DNA of 57,053 bases, the filler included, from Sphacelaria rigidula (Eukaryota), in assembly GCA_964200075.2 (NCBI GenBank). It is 8 parts of 8 records of this genome, joined end to end, with 100 filler letters (N's around TTAATTAATTAA, not from the genome) between each part and the next. Parts side by side here need not be neighbours in the genome. Positions count along the whole stretch, not along the records: positions 7,146 to 14,190 come from CAXNAA020016784.1; positions 14,291 to 21,334 come from CAXNAA020016785.1; positions 21,435 to 28,478 come from CAXNAA020016786.1; 5 more parts are not named here. One strand, 5' to 3'. Below the pieces are notes generated by a model. The model saw only the letters and a list, made by a program, of their open reading frames with translations, was not told the DNA's origin and searched no databases. Below, piece by piece: positions 12,430 through 24,400 of the stretch; position 1 is the first letter of the stretch, and the number at the start of each line of letters is the position of its first letter. A program made the position numbers and the translations under genes.

Positions 12430-13300
12430 GGGAGGGGAGGTTTAGTCATGATCATGCATGCCATAGTCACAAGACCGTTGACCTCGCATCCCTGTAAAGG
12501 CGGGACGGAGCACGCCGGGTTTTCGTCTGACCAGGCTCGCAATCAATCACCAAGCGCGAAGCGCCGTGGTGTGCTCGGCGAGTCGCATGAAGGGTGAGAG
12601 CTGCATCCTCCTGAGATTGATCGGTCCGAAGCCTACTTGTTAACTTGCATTTGCATGACAGCGTCTAGTGAGTTGATTCATTTCCTGGCATCGCCACTTC
12701 CAGAGACAGCCACGGCTTATACACTGTCTCATGGGTGTCTCACCATTTCAACACTACGTAGTACGGCCGACACTTTCTACGATAGCCCCCCCCCAAAACC
12801 AGCTCCTTGCTCCGTCTCGAAAGGGATGCGTGGTCAATGGTCAAACGAATAAGGCAAGCAACACATGAGAACGCCCCCCCCCAAAAAAGAACCAGCTAAA
12901 AGTGTCACGAAAAAAATGTCCATACAGCGCCTGATGTTCGGATTCAGGCTGCATGAAGCGTCTCATATCGGCGACATTGGCTAGAACAAACCCAAGCCTG
13001 GGAATTCCCATCTTCTCGTTGTGCTCGGCTTTTCCCATTTCGAGTTACGTGAAGATACCGCCTCCCAAAACCATGCACTTTTCGGGCGGGGCTATCGTAG
13101 AAAGTGTCGGCCATACCCTTTGTGCGGAGGTGAAGTTCTCCCACGCCGCACAACATGATTCAGTTCGACCACCATCATGGTTACCATAAAAAAACGCAAG
13201 CGCGCAAAAACAAATCAGTAACCTGGTTGCCCAGCTTACGCAGTGAGTGGCGTGTTTTCATAGCGTCATCGCCAACCGACGCCAACCGCATAGGGGGTCC
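12430..13300 (-). repeat. Family L element interrupted by a family B MITE
   Basis: Both flanks of 12769-13108 align to contiguous sequence in 7895-8430 (reverse complement). Confidence 0.75.
12769..13108. mobile_element. MITE family B copy (4-bp TSD GGCC) carrying a ~70-bp internal insert
   Basis: TIRs GACACTTTCTACGATAGCCC / GGGCTATCGTAGAAAGTGTC; GGCC on both sides; extra module at about 12805-12880 absent from 19443-19695. Confidence 0.85.
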
Positions 13301-14190
13301 GTCCCCACAAAGCCGGGACGGAGCACGCCGGGTTCTCGCCGGACCAGGCCAGGCGGAGGGGGGGGGGGGGGGGGGGGGGATGGGGGTGCCTTTTTTGGGG
13401 TGCCGCCCGGCTGTGGGCCCGAANNNNNNNNNNCGGTTTGCCAGGGGGGGACGGGGGGGGGGGGGGGGGGGGGGGCGGAGGGTGACATGTCGGTACATTT
13501 TGTGTGATGCCGCCAGTCTGTCGGCACGAAAGCAATCAGCCATGCAATCAACCATAGTGGTCAATAAATTGGCGGCGAATGGGCAGATAAAATTCCGAGC
13601 TTTTCCGAGTCGTTGTACGTTGTTTTCTCCTGATGCCACAGTGTTTACGACTATAAATCCATTTTTCAGTAGCTTTCAAGTCAAAATGATACCGATTTAC
13701 GAAAACAAAATTCGTCGATGGGTTTCCAAAGGGTTTATCTGTGGGGAAAGTCAGCAGTTGAAGAGCTTCCCTCCGGCCATTACTATCTTTCTCGCTTCTT
13801 GATCGTGGTATTGTTTAGGTCGCGTATCAAGTGAACTATTTCCAGGGTCGAGGAAGTTTTGGGAGTGGAAAATGACGAGTGACTCGTTTACTTCCCTAAA
13901 GCACAGTGCGTTCACTCCGGTGGTTCATGGCCGCAGGGAATCCTCATCTTTCCACCGTCGCTGTCAGTAGCCTGCCGGTGGTTCCCGTTTTACAGCTGCA
14001 GCTGTTGACTATGACACCGGCGGCGGTTAAACCGCGGCGGTTTCTCTTATTTTTATCAACATTTTTAACCCCTCCCCTTCACAGGGACGGCTCTGTGTTC
14101 TCGAGCGGTCTACCCATCCCCCCCCCCCCCCCCCCCCCGCCCGCGACCGGTGTGGGGGGGGGGGGGTGGGGGGGGGGGGGGGGAGAGGGA

Positions 14191-14290
14191 NNNNNNNNNN
14201 NNNNNNNNNNNNNNNNNNNNNNNNNNNNNNNNNNTTAATTAATTAANNNNNNNNNNNNNNNNNNNNNNNNNNNNNNNNNNNNNNNNNNNN
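14191..14290. other. Artificial contig linker
   Basis: N44-TTAATTAATTAA-N44. Confidence 0.97.
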
Positions 14291-14597
14291 CGAAAAGCAT
14301 CCGGGGTCAAAGTCCACACAACCCAAACAACCAAAAAAAAAGTCCCCCCCCCCCCCCCCCCCAATAGAAACAGTCCAAAACTGTCACGAACAAAACGGTT
14401 TTACAGCTCCTGCTGCTTGCTTTCAGCCTGCATGAAGCACCTCACATTGGCGACACTGGCGAAAACGAATCCAAGCGTGGGAATTCCCAGCTGCTCGTGG
14501 TGCTCGGCTTGTTTAATTTCGATTTACGTGTAGATGGTGCCTCCCCAAACCAGCCACTTTGGGGGAGGGGGAGGAGGGGGCTATAGCAGAAAGTGTC
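14291..14597. mobile_element. MITE family B copy, truncated by contig start
   Basis: Right TIR GGGGCTATAGCAGAAAGTGTC; body homologous to 19443-19695. Confidence 0.7.
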
Positions 14598-17559
14598 CCT
14601 CCAAGGTTGTGTTCTGTTTGAACAGGGTATACCCGGGTGGCACACTGAACCATACCGGAATCGGTACGGACCATTCCAATACTGTTCGGCAGGGTATCGA
14701 GCCTCGTTTCGGAACACTCCGGTATGGTCCAGAAGGACATTTACCGGAAAATTACCTCTTTCAAACTTCCGTAAATACTCGGATTTCAGCCGCTATCCCC
14801 TACAAGACACAACCGTGGAATCCCGCCTTCCCCCGTGCCGCATGTGCTGGGACCGAGTTCGCACCTCAAATTGCAGCTCCTTCTCCTCCTCGAGGCCCTC
14901 GCCCTCGAATCTCTTCTCTTGGAACCACACCTGCCTCAATCTCGGCCATGCCGATGTCGCATGAATGGCAGCTGACATGGAGCCTTGCGGGGCATCGTAG
15001 AATGATTGTGCGGTCATCTGCAGTCCGCGCATGAAGGTTGAATGGAAGATTCTGATGTTCACTACTCTGTAGCTTCTTCACGAGGAGAAATTCGAGGAGG
15101 CAAACGCGTCCCAGCGCCTCCCCTTGATGATAGGTATCACTCGCCAACTATAGCATGAGGCGCTAGCTTAGATCAGAAGACATACCGCCGCATGTACCTC
15201 CGAAGTTTACAGTCGCGCCAGCGGCCTTTACCGTATGCCGAGAAGTGAAGAATGGGGTACAGTACACCCCGATCGGATTCACGCGTACTTATTCCCAGCA
15301 TCAACGTAAAACATTGAACGACGCTCACGTGTACGACGTTCCGCACAAGTATGTGCCATTCTCCAGAGTGGATACAGCGATTGTGAAGGGGTGCGTGCTA
15401 GGCTGCAACGTAATGTGCAACATGATACATATTCCGAAATCACAATGAAATCCTACCGAATGAGCACTTATCGTGAGGTACGAGCGCTACCAAGCTCGAG
15501 CAAGTGGACCAACCTGTGCATCGTTGCTGAATTCGTGGAACCCTTTCTGTGCACTGCTTGCGGTCGTCGTTGTTCTTGGCTCCACTTTAGCCCCCTCTCC
15601 TTCGCTCTGTTGTACACCTCGCGTGTCTCCATCTGTAGAAGCACCCCTATCGGATGTTCTCTTCATCTCCCCATCAGGCTTTGGTCTTTCTTCTGTGGAT
15701 TGACGAGAGCTGGCTCCAGGACCTTTGGCAGACGCGCCCGCGCTTGACGGTCCAACGGAGACTATCATGGAAAGATCCGAAAAGAAATTGAAACGGAAAG
15801 GGCGAAGCGAGGGTCTCCTTCAATAGCGATCATTGTCAACGTTGAGCTGGCTTGCGCTTCGTCTTTTTCCTGTCACCCTCTCTCGAAATCTCTTCTTGTT
15901 TTTAATTGGAAATGATAGATGAAGATCGCCGCAGGCAGAGGTAAGCTTCTGTATCGGCCAAGATCGCATCCTTGCCAAAGTAATTTTGTTTATTCGTCCA
16001 TGATCTCATTTTTTATTGATGACCCCGGGTCGCGCGAATAGCAGGCGCTGGCGCACCCACATGAAGCAAAACCGTCATCATTACCGCGCTCCCCGAAAAC
16101 TACGTTCCACTCGTAGGATAGAAGATACCTGCAGGCTGTGACTCGGAGGTCATTTTCTACTGTGAGGGAATACATTCAGAAGTGCAATGCAGGAGCTGAC
16201 AAAGAGTGTACGTGCTCCGAGTATTACCCTGGAAAGTACATCGCAGTAGTATCCAAGAACCTAGGGAATATCCACACCTCTGCGTGATTTCTTTTTCGCT
16301 TTCGGCGTTGCTGAAACCCCGCGCTGGAAGCCGTCGAGAGCGCGAAGCTGCAGATTCCAGGACGTGCCAACACGAAAGAAACGGGTGAAAGGCAGCGCGC
16401 GATAGTGGCCGGGAGTAGACAGTCTCTTGGCAACCTTGTGTCGAGACGTTGACGTACAAAGTGGCACCCTAATATCCACGTCAAGGTTATCTCATGCGGA
16501 GTGGTAGCCGTTCATTTTATAGTTCTTGCTCTACTCAGCTCACGGGGGCAATTCGAAGGCGTTCCGCTACTGAAAAAACAAGAGCGAAGACACCATAGCA
16601 CCTGTGAAACATGATACTAAATTCCCCACTGAAACCCTGAGATAAGCGCCGCTACAACTCGTTCATGTGACGAGCGTTCGAGTCGGCCGCGAAAGAACAG
16701 CGGGTATCGGATCCCGCTGTACGTCTCCTTCAGACAATCCCATTTCCCGAAATTCGTGAAATCTGCGTACCGGAAACTCCGACGGTACGCGCAGTAGGAT
16801 TACCTTGCGTAGCGCTGCCATCCTCCTGACTCTCGTCCTCTCCTCCACGGAAAATGATTGCTCCATTACCTTCTGTAGCACACTCTCGATTGCCTGATCG
16901 GCAGCCTGGACAGCGGTAGCACGACTCGGAACCGCGGCCACCTGTGCCAAACCCAATTCGTGGAGAAGAGGCGGGTTCATCCTCAATGTGAGCAACAGTG
17001 TCCCGGTTGATCAATCATTTGACCAACATAACTGCATGCTGCCATAATTGAGCACAACCACCGCAAAAAACGAAGCATTCCCCTAGGCCGGAGCCAGCAC
17101 ATATCTCAGACCTGGCGTCCGTTTACAGGGAGAAGAAGCTTGCTGTCATCCTTCAACAAGGTGCTGTTACACCGAGGCCTATACTCTAATTCCGGGGCGA
17201 CCTCTACTAAAACCAAGAAGAGAGTTCAGCGACAAATCGCGCAAACTGTCGTAGTTATAGCAGCAGCAACAGATTCGCAGTCGACCCAGTGAGCGCCGTG
17301 CTGTGCCAGTGCACATTTTGCTCAATCACCAAATGCCAGCATTCCGGAGGGTTTGCACCATAACAAGACACGCCGTCCACTCTCCGGACCGTCGGGACTC
17401 GCATGCTTCCGAAATGCGGTCGAGGGGCATCACCCAAAACCGAAGGGGGAGAGACTGTTCAGTGAAGCGCATATGCAATACCAACTTTTACCCGCCGCTT
17501 TCTACAATTGCCTGTAGGCGGTCAATACTGCAAACGTGGTAGCCTTGCATGATCTTGAA

Positions 17560-18080
17560 ACCAACTTCTGGGATATCATATCCACCTGAGAAATCATTTT
17601 GGGATGTGGGATGTCCATCTGGAGTGTCCACGTGGGCTGTCGGATTCGCCCGGGATATCCATCTGAAGTGTTTACCTGAGATGCCCACCTGATATTTTCC
17701 TGGTACAACGATCGTATTCGCGTCTGGGACATTCAACTATAACATGGATATGCATCTGGGATGTCTACCCGGGATTTTCATCTGGAATGTGGGGTCCATC
17801 CGAGACGTCCGCTTATCCAGGGATATTCATCTCAGCTTCGGCTGTCTCAGTTGGATGCCGCCCACGGACATCTCGGATGGATGTCGTGAATAAGTTCCCC
17901 TGATTGGTGTCCCAAATGAATTCTACATGAAGATCTCTGGTGAACATTCCACGTAGACGCTGTTATTCCTTATCGATATCACAAATGGATATCCCAGTCA
18001 GATGCCAACTCCCTCGTGAATATCCCAACAAGATGTGATACCCAGAGATGGGTATCCGTTTGGGATATTCACACCGGAAA
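17560..18080. repeat. Degenerate array of short GGATATCC / CATCTGGGATGTCC-like motifs
   Basis: Many imperfect recurrences of GGATAT(C/T)C and CATCTGG(G/A) at roughly 10-30-bp spacing. Confidence 0.55.
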
Positions 18081-19019
18081 TGGAGAGTACGCGATAATAC
18101 TAAACCTTGGCATGATACATTCGTTCAGAGCTCGAGCGACAGGCACGGCAAGTCTAGATTCTTTAGCATGCGTCTCTCCCAACAACGTTTTTGTTTACCC
18201 CGTCTATCACGCGTTCTGAGGTCCACACCTCTCATAATTTCATCCATAACGCTACTATCTGGCCTGCGCTGAAATATTCCGCGAAAAATACGATGGGACA
18301 CCCACGAGAGATTCCATGCAACAGAGCACCGCCCGGGAAGTCTTGTCTTTCGTATCGAGAGCGTGATGCTTGCGAAGAGCTGCGCGGACTTCCACCTGCC
18401 CGTGCGATGAAAATATCAAACCAACAACGGTGATAGAGCACATTAGCCGGGGGCAGCGCGGTCAGCGAAATTTGGAACGAGATGAGGGTACAGGCTTCTC
18501 GGGGTCTCACGCTCTCGACCCCTTCTATCAGTCCGACGCAAAAGCCGAGACATCAATCCGATCGCGAATACACAACACTCCAACGATACCGACCGTGCTC
18601 GAAGGAAAGCGGGGATAGTTAAGACTGCGTCTACGATTGCATAAAAAAATACGCACCAATGCACCATCACGCGTTTCGAGAACAAGGTCTGAAATACCGT
18701 TCGACGCGTACCTGAACGCAAGGCTGGAGTATCTCTTGTCTCTCGCTCAGCATGGCGTCCCAAGCCCCTCGGAACGCATGCTCGGCCCTCAATCGCCTGT
18801 TCCGCTCCTGCCCCGTCAAAACGCGAATATTCAATGTCATATAGTGGCCTAAAGTCGCCGACGATCCCTCCAGGAACGCACAATGTACTAGTGCATCAAG
18901 GACAATCCTGACAACTCCACATGCTCCTGGATTTTTGGATTGGCGTGGATGGCACTGACGGCTTTGTCGTACTATCGACTCCCCGGCCTGTGAACACCCC
19001 CCCACGCGCCCACCCCTGG

Positions 19020-19300
19020 TGCTTTGTCTCGCAAGGGATGCGTGGTCAATGGCCAAACGACTATGGCAAGCAAAAAATGAGTACCCCCCATCCCCCTCCC
19101 CGTGGGCTCGATAGCTATAAAGAGTAGGAACGGTGCTCCGTCTCGAAAGGGATGCATGATCAATGGTCGAACGACCAAGGCAAGCAATAAATGAGTACGC
19201 CCCCCCCCCCCCCGTCGACTCGAAAGGGATGCATGGTCAATGCTCGAATGACTAAGGCAAGCAATAAATGAGTGCGCCCCTCCCTCCCCCCCTCCCCCCG
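19020..19300 (+). repeat. Three tandem copies of a ~65-bp module, each ending in a C-run
   Basis: TGCTCCGTCTCGAAAGGGATGC.TGGTCAATGGTC.AACGAC.AAGGCAAGCAATAAATGAGTAC(G)CCCCC at about 19020, 19134 and 19219. Confidence 0.8.
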
Positions 19301-19442
19301 CCTGTACCACTAGATGCGGCAGATCTCACCGTACCGCTGCTCTTCTGCCCAGAGAACCAAATAGTATGCACAACAAGGACAGTGTATGCACTACTACCAC
19401 AGAGGCGGGTTCCACCGCAGTCCTGACTGTTTGCCAGCACCG

Positions 19443-19695
19443 GACACTTTCTACCATAGCCCCTCCCCCCAAACCAGCCCAAAAGTGTCACGAAAAAAAT
19501 GGCCACACAGCGCCTGATGTTTGGGTTCAGGCTGCATGAAGCGCTTCATAGTGGCGACATTGGCTAGAACGAACCCAAGCGTGAGAATTCCCAGCTGTTC
19601 GCTGTGCTCGACTTTTCCCATTTCGATTTACGTGGGATTTTACCTCCCAAAAGCATACACTTTTGGGGGGGGAGGGGGCTATCGTAGAAAGTGTC
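19443..19695. mobile_element. MITE family B, uninterrupted 253-bp copy
   Basis: TIRs GACACTTTCTACCATAGCCCC / GGGGCTATCGTAGAAAGTGTC; flanks ACCG/ACTG (4-bp TSD with one mismatch). Confidence 0.85.
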
Positions 19696-21334
19696 ACTGA
19701 TGTGCGCGGTTTCATACCAACAACTTACCTCGTCCCATTTTTTTCTACGGCATAAGCAGCAATACAATGGAAGGCGTGGGGATGTCTGGATCAACACGTG
19801 GTGATGGAACCGCGACCATTCCCTGCGAGAGATTGATAGCAGAAGGGTCAATAAAGGCGACGTCGGCTGCTTATGCATTCGATTTCGGGGCGAATCGGAG
19901 ATTCTAATGCTTGATGATGAGCTGAACGGATCAGAGCTAACTTGCAACACTGCGCGCCACTTTTACGTTTCGTCAATGAGGGTTTGGTCAAGTTTCACGG
20001 GGGACTTGACGTGTCTTTTTTCTCAGTCCATGCTTCCTGCCCTATCCCGCTTCAATCCCGGAACGTGTTGCAGAAACCAAGCAGACCCTGAACACTTACA
20101 TCCCATCGCCTCGAGCAGCGTTTCTAGCGACGTTCAGACCTCGCTTCCAGTTCTCCGACCCTTCTCCACCTGCGTGGTGCTTTGCCCTGAGTTTCTGCAT
20201 GCCACGGTATCCAGCAAGGAGAACCAACGGGTCGTGGCAACAATCGCAAGATTTCCTATGTGGGCGGTCTTTATGTTGCTGAAGGTACCTCAACCACGAC
20301 AACGGAGAAACGCCGTTGAACGTGCGACTGATACAGCGATCGTTCAGGTGAGTGAGAAGACGGCCGAACCACGTAATTTCCCCCACACACCAGCTCGCGA
20401 CTGAGCGCATTATGGCAATCCTAATTCAGTCGAACCTTTCGGCTACGCCAGAGTCCCCTGCGTCGGGTGCTTTGGTGAACTCGAGGGGCATTTAATGCCG
20501 ATGCGTGGGACCTCACGGCCTACCGTGAGCCGCGATTGTTAGGCGTTTTGTGCGTCTTTACCTTATCTTCCCGCGCCTTCTTCTTCCTCGCTTCGGATGC
20601 CTTTACCCTTGCCTCAGCCATAGCATGTTGCGGATCCAAGGTCGCTCTTACTCTGTCTCATGCCAATCCGGGGATCGGAGTCCAACAAAGCAGATACATG
20701 GCCGAAACAGGGCCGTGAACTTTGAGGAAAACACGCGGAAGTGCTGTGCGTGAACAGCAGATGGGATTTCATGGGGTTTCTTCGCCTGAACGGTGCCGAA
20801 ATAACCGGGTTTTCTTTTCACGTGCTGCTGCAAATCTTTTGATTGCTTGGCGTACGCGGGAAGACTGCTCAAGAATATCTCCATAACGCGCGGCCCGCGA
20901 AACGAAGGACTGGCATCATACGCGCAGTATGCACTGTACATAGCTGAAGAAGACCCCACCTGGTGTACCAGCGGTCGACCTCCGCCACCACCGACCCGAA
21001 CAGAGCGAGCTCGTCCTCTGTGACAGCTCTGTCCACTAGCCCGGGGTGGGTAATGAACGCCTGCTCCACCGCGTTATAGTGAAAGGAACGAGACATCGTA
21101 CCGTCGGCCGAAGTGTGTCCGAGATCGTGAAAGGGAGTACGTCCGCGGCAATAGCTGAGCGGGGTATGTGTAGCACAAGAATGTCTCTGTCTCCAATGTC
21201 CCACCGCTACCAGCATGTTCCACCATTCCATACGCAATGTAATGTGCCGGGGGGGGGGGGGGACAGCCCATATTTTTCATTCCGTGCATACATTGCATAT
21301 TGCCCATACAGCCCTTACAGCGCGGACAGCGCCA

Positions 21335-21434
21335 NNNNNNNNNNNNNNNNNNNNNNNNNNNNNNNNNNNNNNNNNNNNTTAATTAATTAANNNNNNNNNN
21401 NNNNNNNNNNNNNNNNNNNNNNNNNNNNNNNNNN
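21335..21434. other. Artificial contig linker
   Basis: N44-TTAATTAATTAA-N44. Confidence 0.97.
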
Positions 21435-24400
21435 GCCGTTGATTCGGAACGAAGATACGCGCCCGGAGGGCTGATCGCAGGAACTGGCTAGTACCTGCGG
21501 TCAGGGGTGAGGATGTTAAGTAATCCGTCAAGATACGGAGTACATAAAAACATGCCTCTTACACCTGGTTGAATCCGATTATTTCTAAGAATCGGTGCAA
21601 TGCTAGGATGCCCTGGTGTTCAGAAGAACTTCTCGAGAAGGCTCTGGCTATCAATAACACCGAGGTACAAAAGAAATCGAATCATCTGATGCTTTGAACA
21701 AGGATATCCTGACGATCGACGCGTACTGTACTGCGTTGGACTGTCTCCCCATGCGCTGTGAACTTACGATTGTCATAAGATTGACGGTGAGACGGTTTGG
21801 AGCTTAAGTACTTTATGAACGGATGTGAAAGGATCGGCCTGTAGTAAATGAACATGAACGAACTCGTGTACAAATGAATTGCAGTCAAATAATAAGTAGA
21901 ATGAAAGGTCCCACGCGAAACAGTGAAATTTCGTAATCGTTGACTGAAGTTTTGTTGTTTGCCTAGTTCAGTGATCAACCTGCACTGTAGAGTTAAGCAA
22001 ATGCTGACAACAACTGGAGACTGCCGTTTACTTGTATCATTGTGCTTCTCACCGGGACTATTGTGTTCGATCATATCATCTGCGGTGCGGCTCAAGCCAG
22101 AAGAGGTAAAATGTTCAGGAAGATGTTCACTGAGATATTCAATTTTCTTATTAATAAAAGAGAGCAAAACATGTGCGTTTTCACCACCTCGCCATAATTT
22201 AGCAAGGGTATCAGGCGACAAAACGAATAATCAGCCATCATGATGTGCGCTGGGTGATGCGCGCTGGGAGCGACGCGCTCGTGCTCACGCTTACGACGGC
22301 ACAAAGGTAATCAAGCGACGGAGACCGCTAAAGTGGTTTACCCCGCGCTTGGGGTAAAGTGAAAAAACGCAATCAGTCGAATCAAAAATAATCAATGTAC
22401 GCTTGACCATGACAGTACCCAGCAAAATATGCGAGATACAATGCTGTTGAGGCGGGAATTCACGTTTGTCATGCGTACTGCTGTAATAAGTGGAGCTGGT
22501 AAATGCGCCGCCCATGACGCGCGCTAGTGGGCACATACCCACATAAATAACAGTATGATTTCGGGATATTGTATGTCTACTGAGACTCAATCGAAGAAAG
22601 AAAAAATCAAGTGATACATGAGCTGAGACTACGAGATGAACCTCAAGACTAAGGCCCATTCGGGTGTGCTCGCGCCGCTTGAAGATGCGTGTCCACAACG
22701 TTAGCGTAGCGATATTGCTCACAGCGTGACTAGGAAGGGAGGTGCAGTTACTACCGCTATGCTTTACGCACGTATCTTGAGGACGATGAAACGGATGCGC
22801 GCCCAAAACAACGATGCGGTAGCATGAAAGGCGGCACGAAAATGAGATTTTGTCAAGAAGAGTTGATATCAGCGCCGCACCCGCTCCAGGCTTCCTACAC
22901 AACCTGCGCGTAGGGGGCTATGAGCGAGTCCTGTGCGCGATGCATTTAGGTGAAGTAAAGCGTCGTGCCGCCCACGCAGTTCGATTCGATGCTCTTACAA
23001 GTTCAGAGTCAGAACCTTCTGCTATTCTTGATTGAGCGGGAAGCGCGGAGTTGATGTCGGAATGCATAAGTCTCTACACGATGTATCCGTTAAAAGCAAC
23101 AGCTGCACGCACGATTTTTGACGCGTGGTACGGCTGGCAGGGACAACGTGGCGCTGGCTCCACCCATTGGCAAAAATTGTATTGTGGTCCGTAAACGCCG
23201 CACCGGTTAAACGAATCATGCATCACCGAATTATTGTCCGTTAATGCGCGACACTGGCACAAGACGGTCGGTGTGACATCGAACGCCATAAGATTTTTGT
23301 GGCAGCGATGGGGCGGAAAACGGAAGCCATCAGGTGGGTATTCACAGCAAGCAAATGCTGATGTGAGCTGTTGATTGGGAGTAATGAACGCCGATTTGTG
23401 AGTTACACACCAAGCCGATGCTGCTGTTACACCCTCCCGTTCGTTTTTAGCAGAAAAACCGAGACGCCGCACCTCGCTTCATGCATGGAGTGACACGAGG
23501 GCTAGTTCGAGCAAGAGCCGGATCCAGTGGTTTGGATTGTTTGGACAGGTACCCCATGAGGGTGCTTGGATCTTAAGCTGTTGCACCGGTTGTCAAATCC
23601 ACCCCACCCAACAGCTGCGGCGCGCTGGGTGATAGCCGCGCGACGTAGCTTCTAGGAGCAACGTTGTGTTTACTTTAGCCATCATGTTACGGTTATGGTG
23701 AGATACCTGTGAATCTGCGATAGCGCTCGAACGAAACAGGGATCACGGAAAACAATGAACGAAATGAGGGTGCTGATATCAAATTGATCCTTTCTGGAGA
23801 CTGCACTGACTGTCACAATTACAGTATAGCACAGGTGCCCAACGCACGGCACTAGGACGTTGTTCGTCTCACCGAATATGAAAGAGTTCACATACCCACG
23901 AAGTTTCAACAGAAGTACAGACAGGACTGCGTGCGACTAAGATGGGTCGGTAGGGACGCACACGAAGACAGATTCGCTGCTCATGCAATCCAAAACAGTG
24001 TTCGCGATTCGTGAACGCAACGCAACAGAACGGACAGGAAAAGCTTCGACATCTGAGGGAGCTTGAAGGCTTTTTGCTGAGACAGTAGGGAAACAAGATA
24101 TGTTCCATGGTTCATTCCTCAGGCTGATTGTGGAGGGGTCTTCAAATTGAAGCCAACGCCAAGTGAACATTCCACTATAGCCGCGCTTCTTTACATTCAC
24201 TTGGGCAGGAAGGTTGACATGAGAAGCGAGCTTCACACGCTAATTAATTAAGCAGATTCGGGCCCGCTACATCTTCAGTATGCGGAAATTGTGTAAGCCA
24301 AACGGTCAGATCTCTGTCAATTTCCCCTACACTTGCATCTGGGCCAACTGACGATGTACGCAGGACCACACCCATATCATCACATGAGATTTGAGTGACT

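Noticed and set aside
9743-14238. Poly-Pro/poly-Gly ORFs (also near 26723-27076 and 55178-55753)
   Set aside because: Translations of G/C homopolymers and N gaps.
19020-19300. CRISPR-like repeat-spacer array
   Set aside because: Three degenerate ~65-bp units with irregular C-rich gaps, dispersed elsewhere in a eukaryotic context, and no cas genes.
19330-19375. Minus-strand HTIWFSGQKSSGT as an SF3-helicase Walker A
   Set aside because: Lacks the GK(S/T) lysine and no Walker B is visible; too weak to call.
24241-24251. TAATTAATTAA resembling the linker core
   Set aside because: No flanking Ns and off the 7144-bp spacing; probably natural AT-rich sequence.
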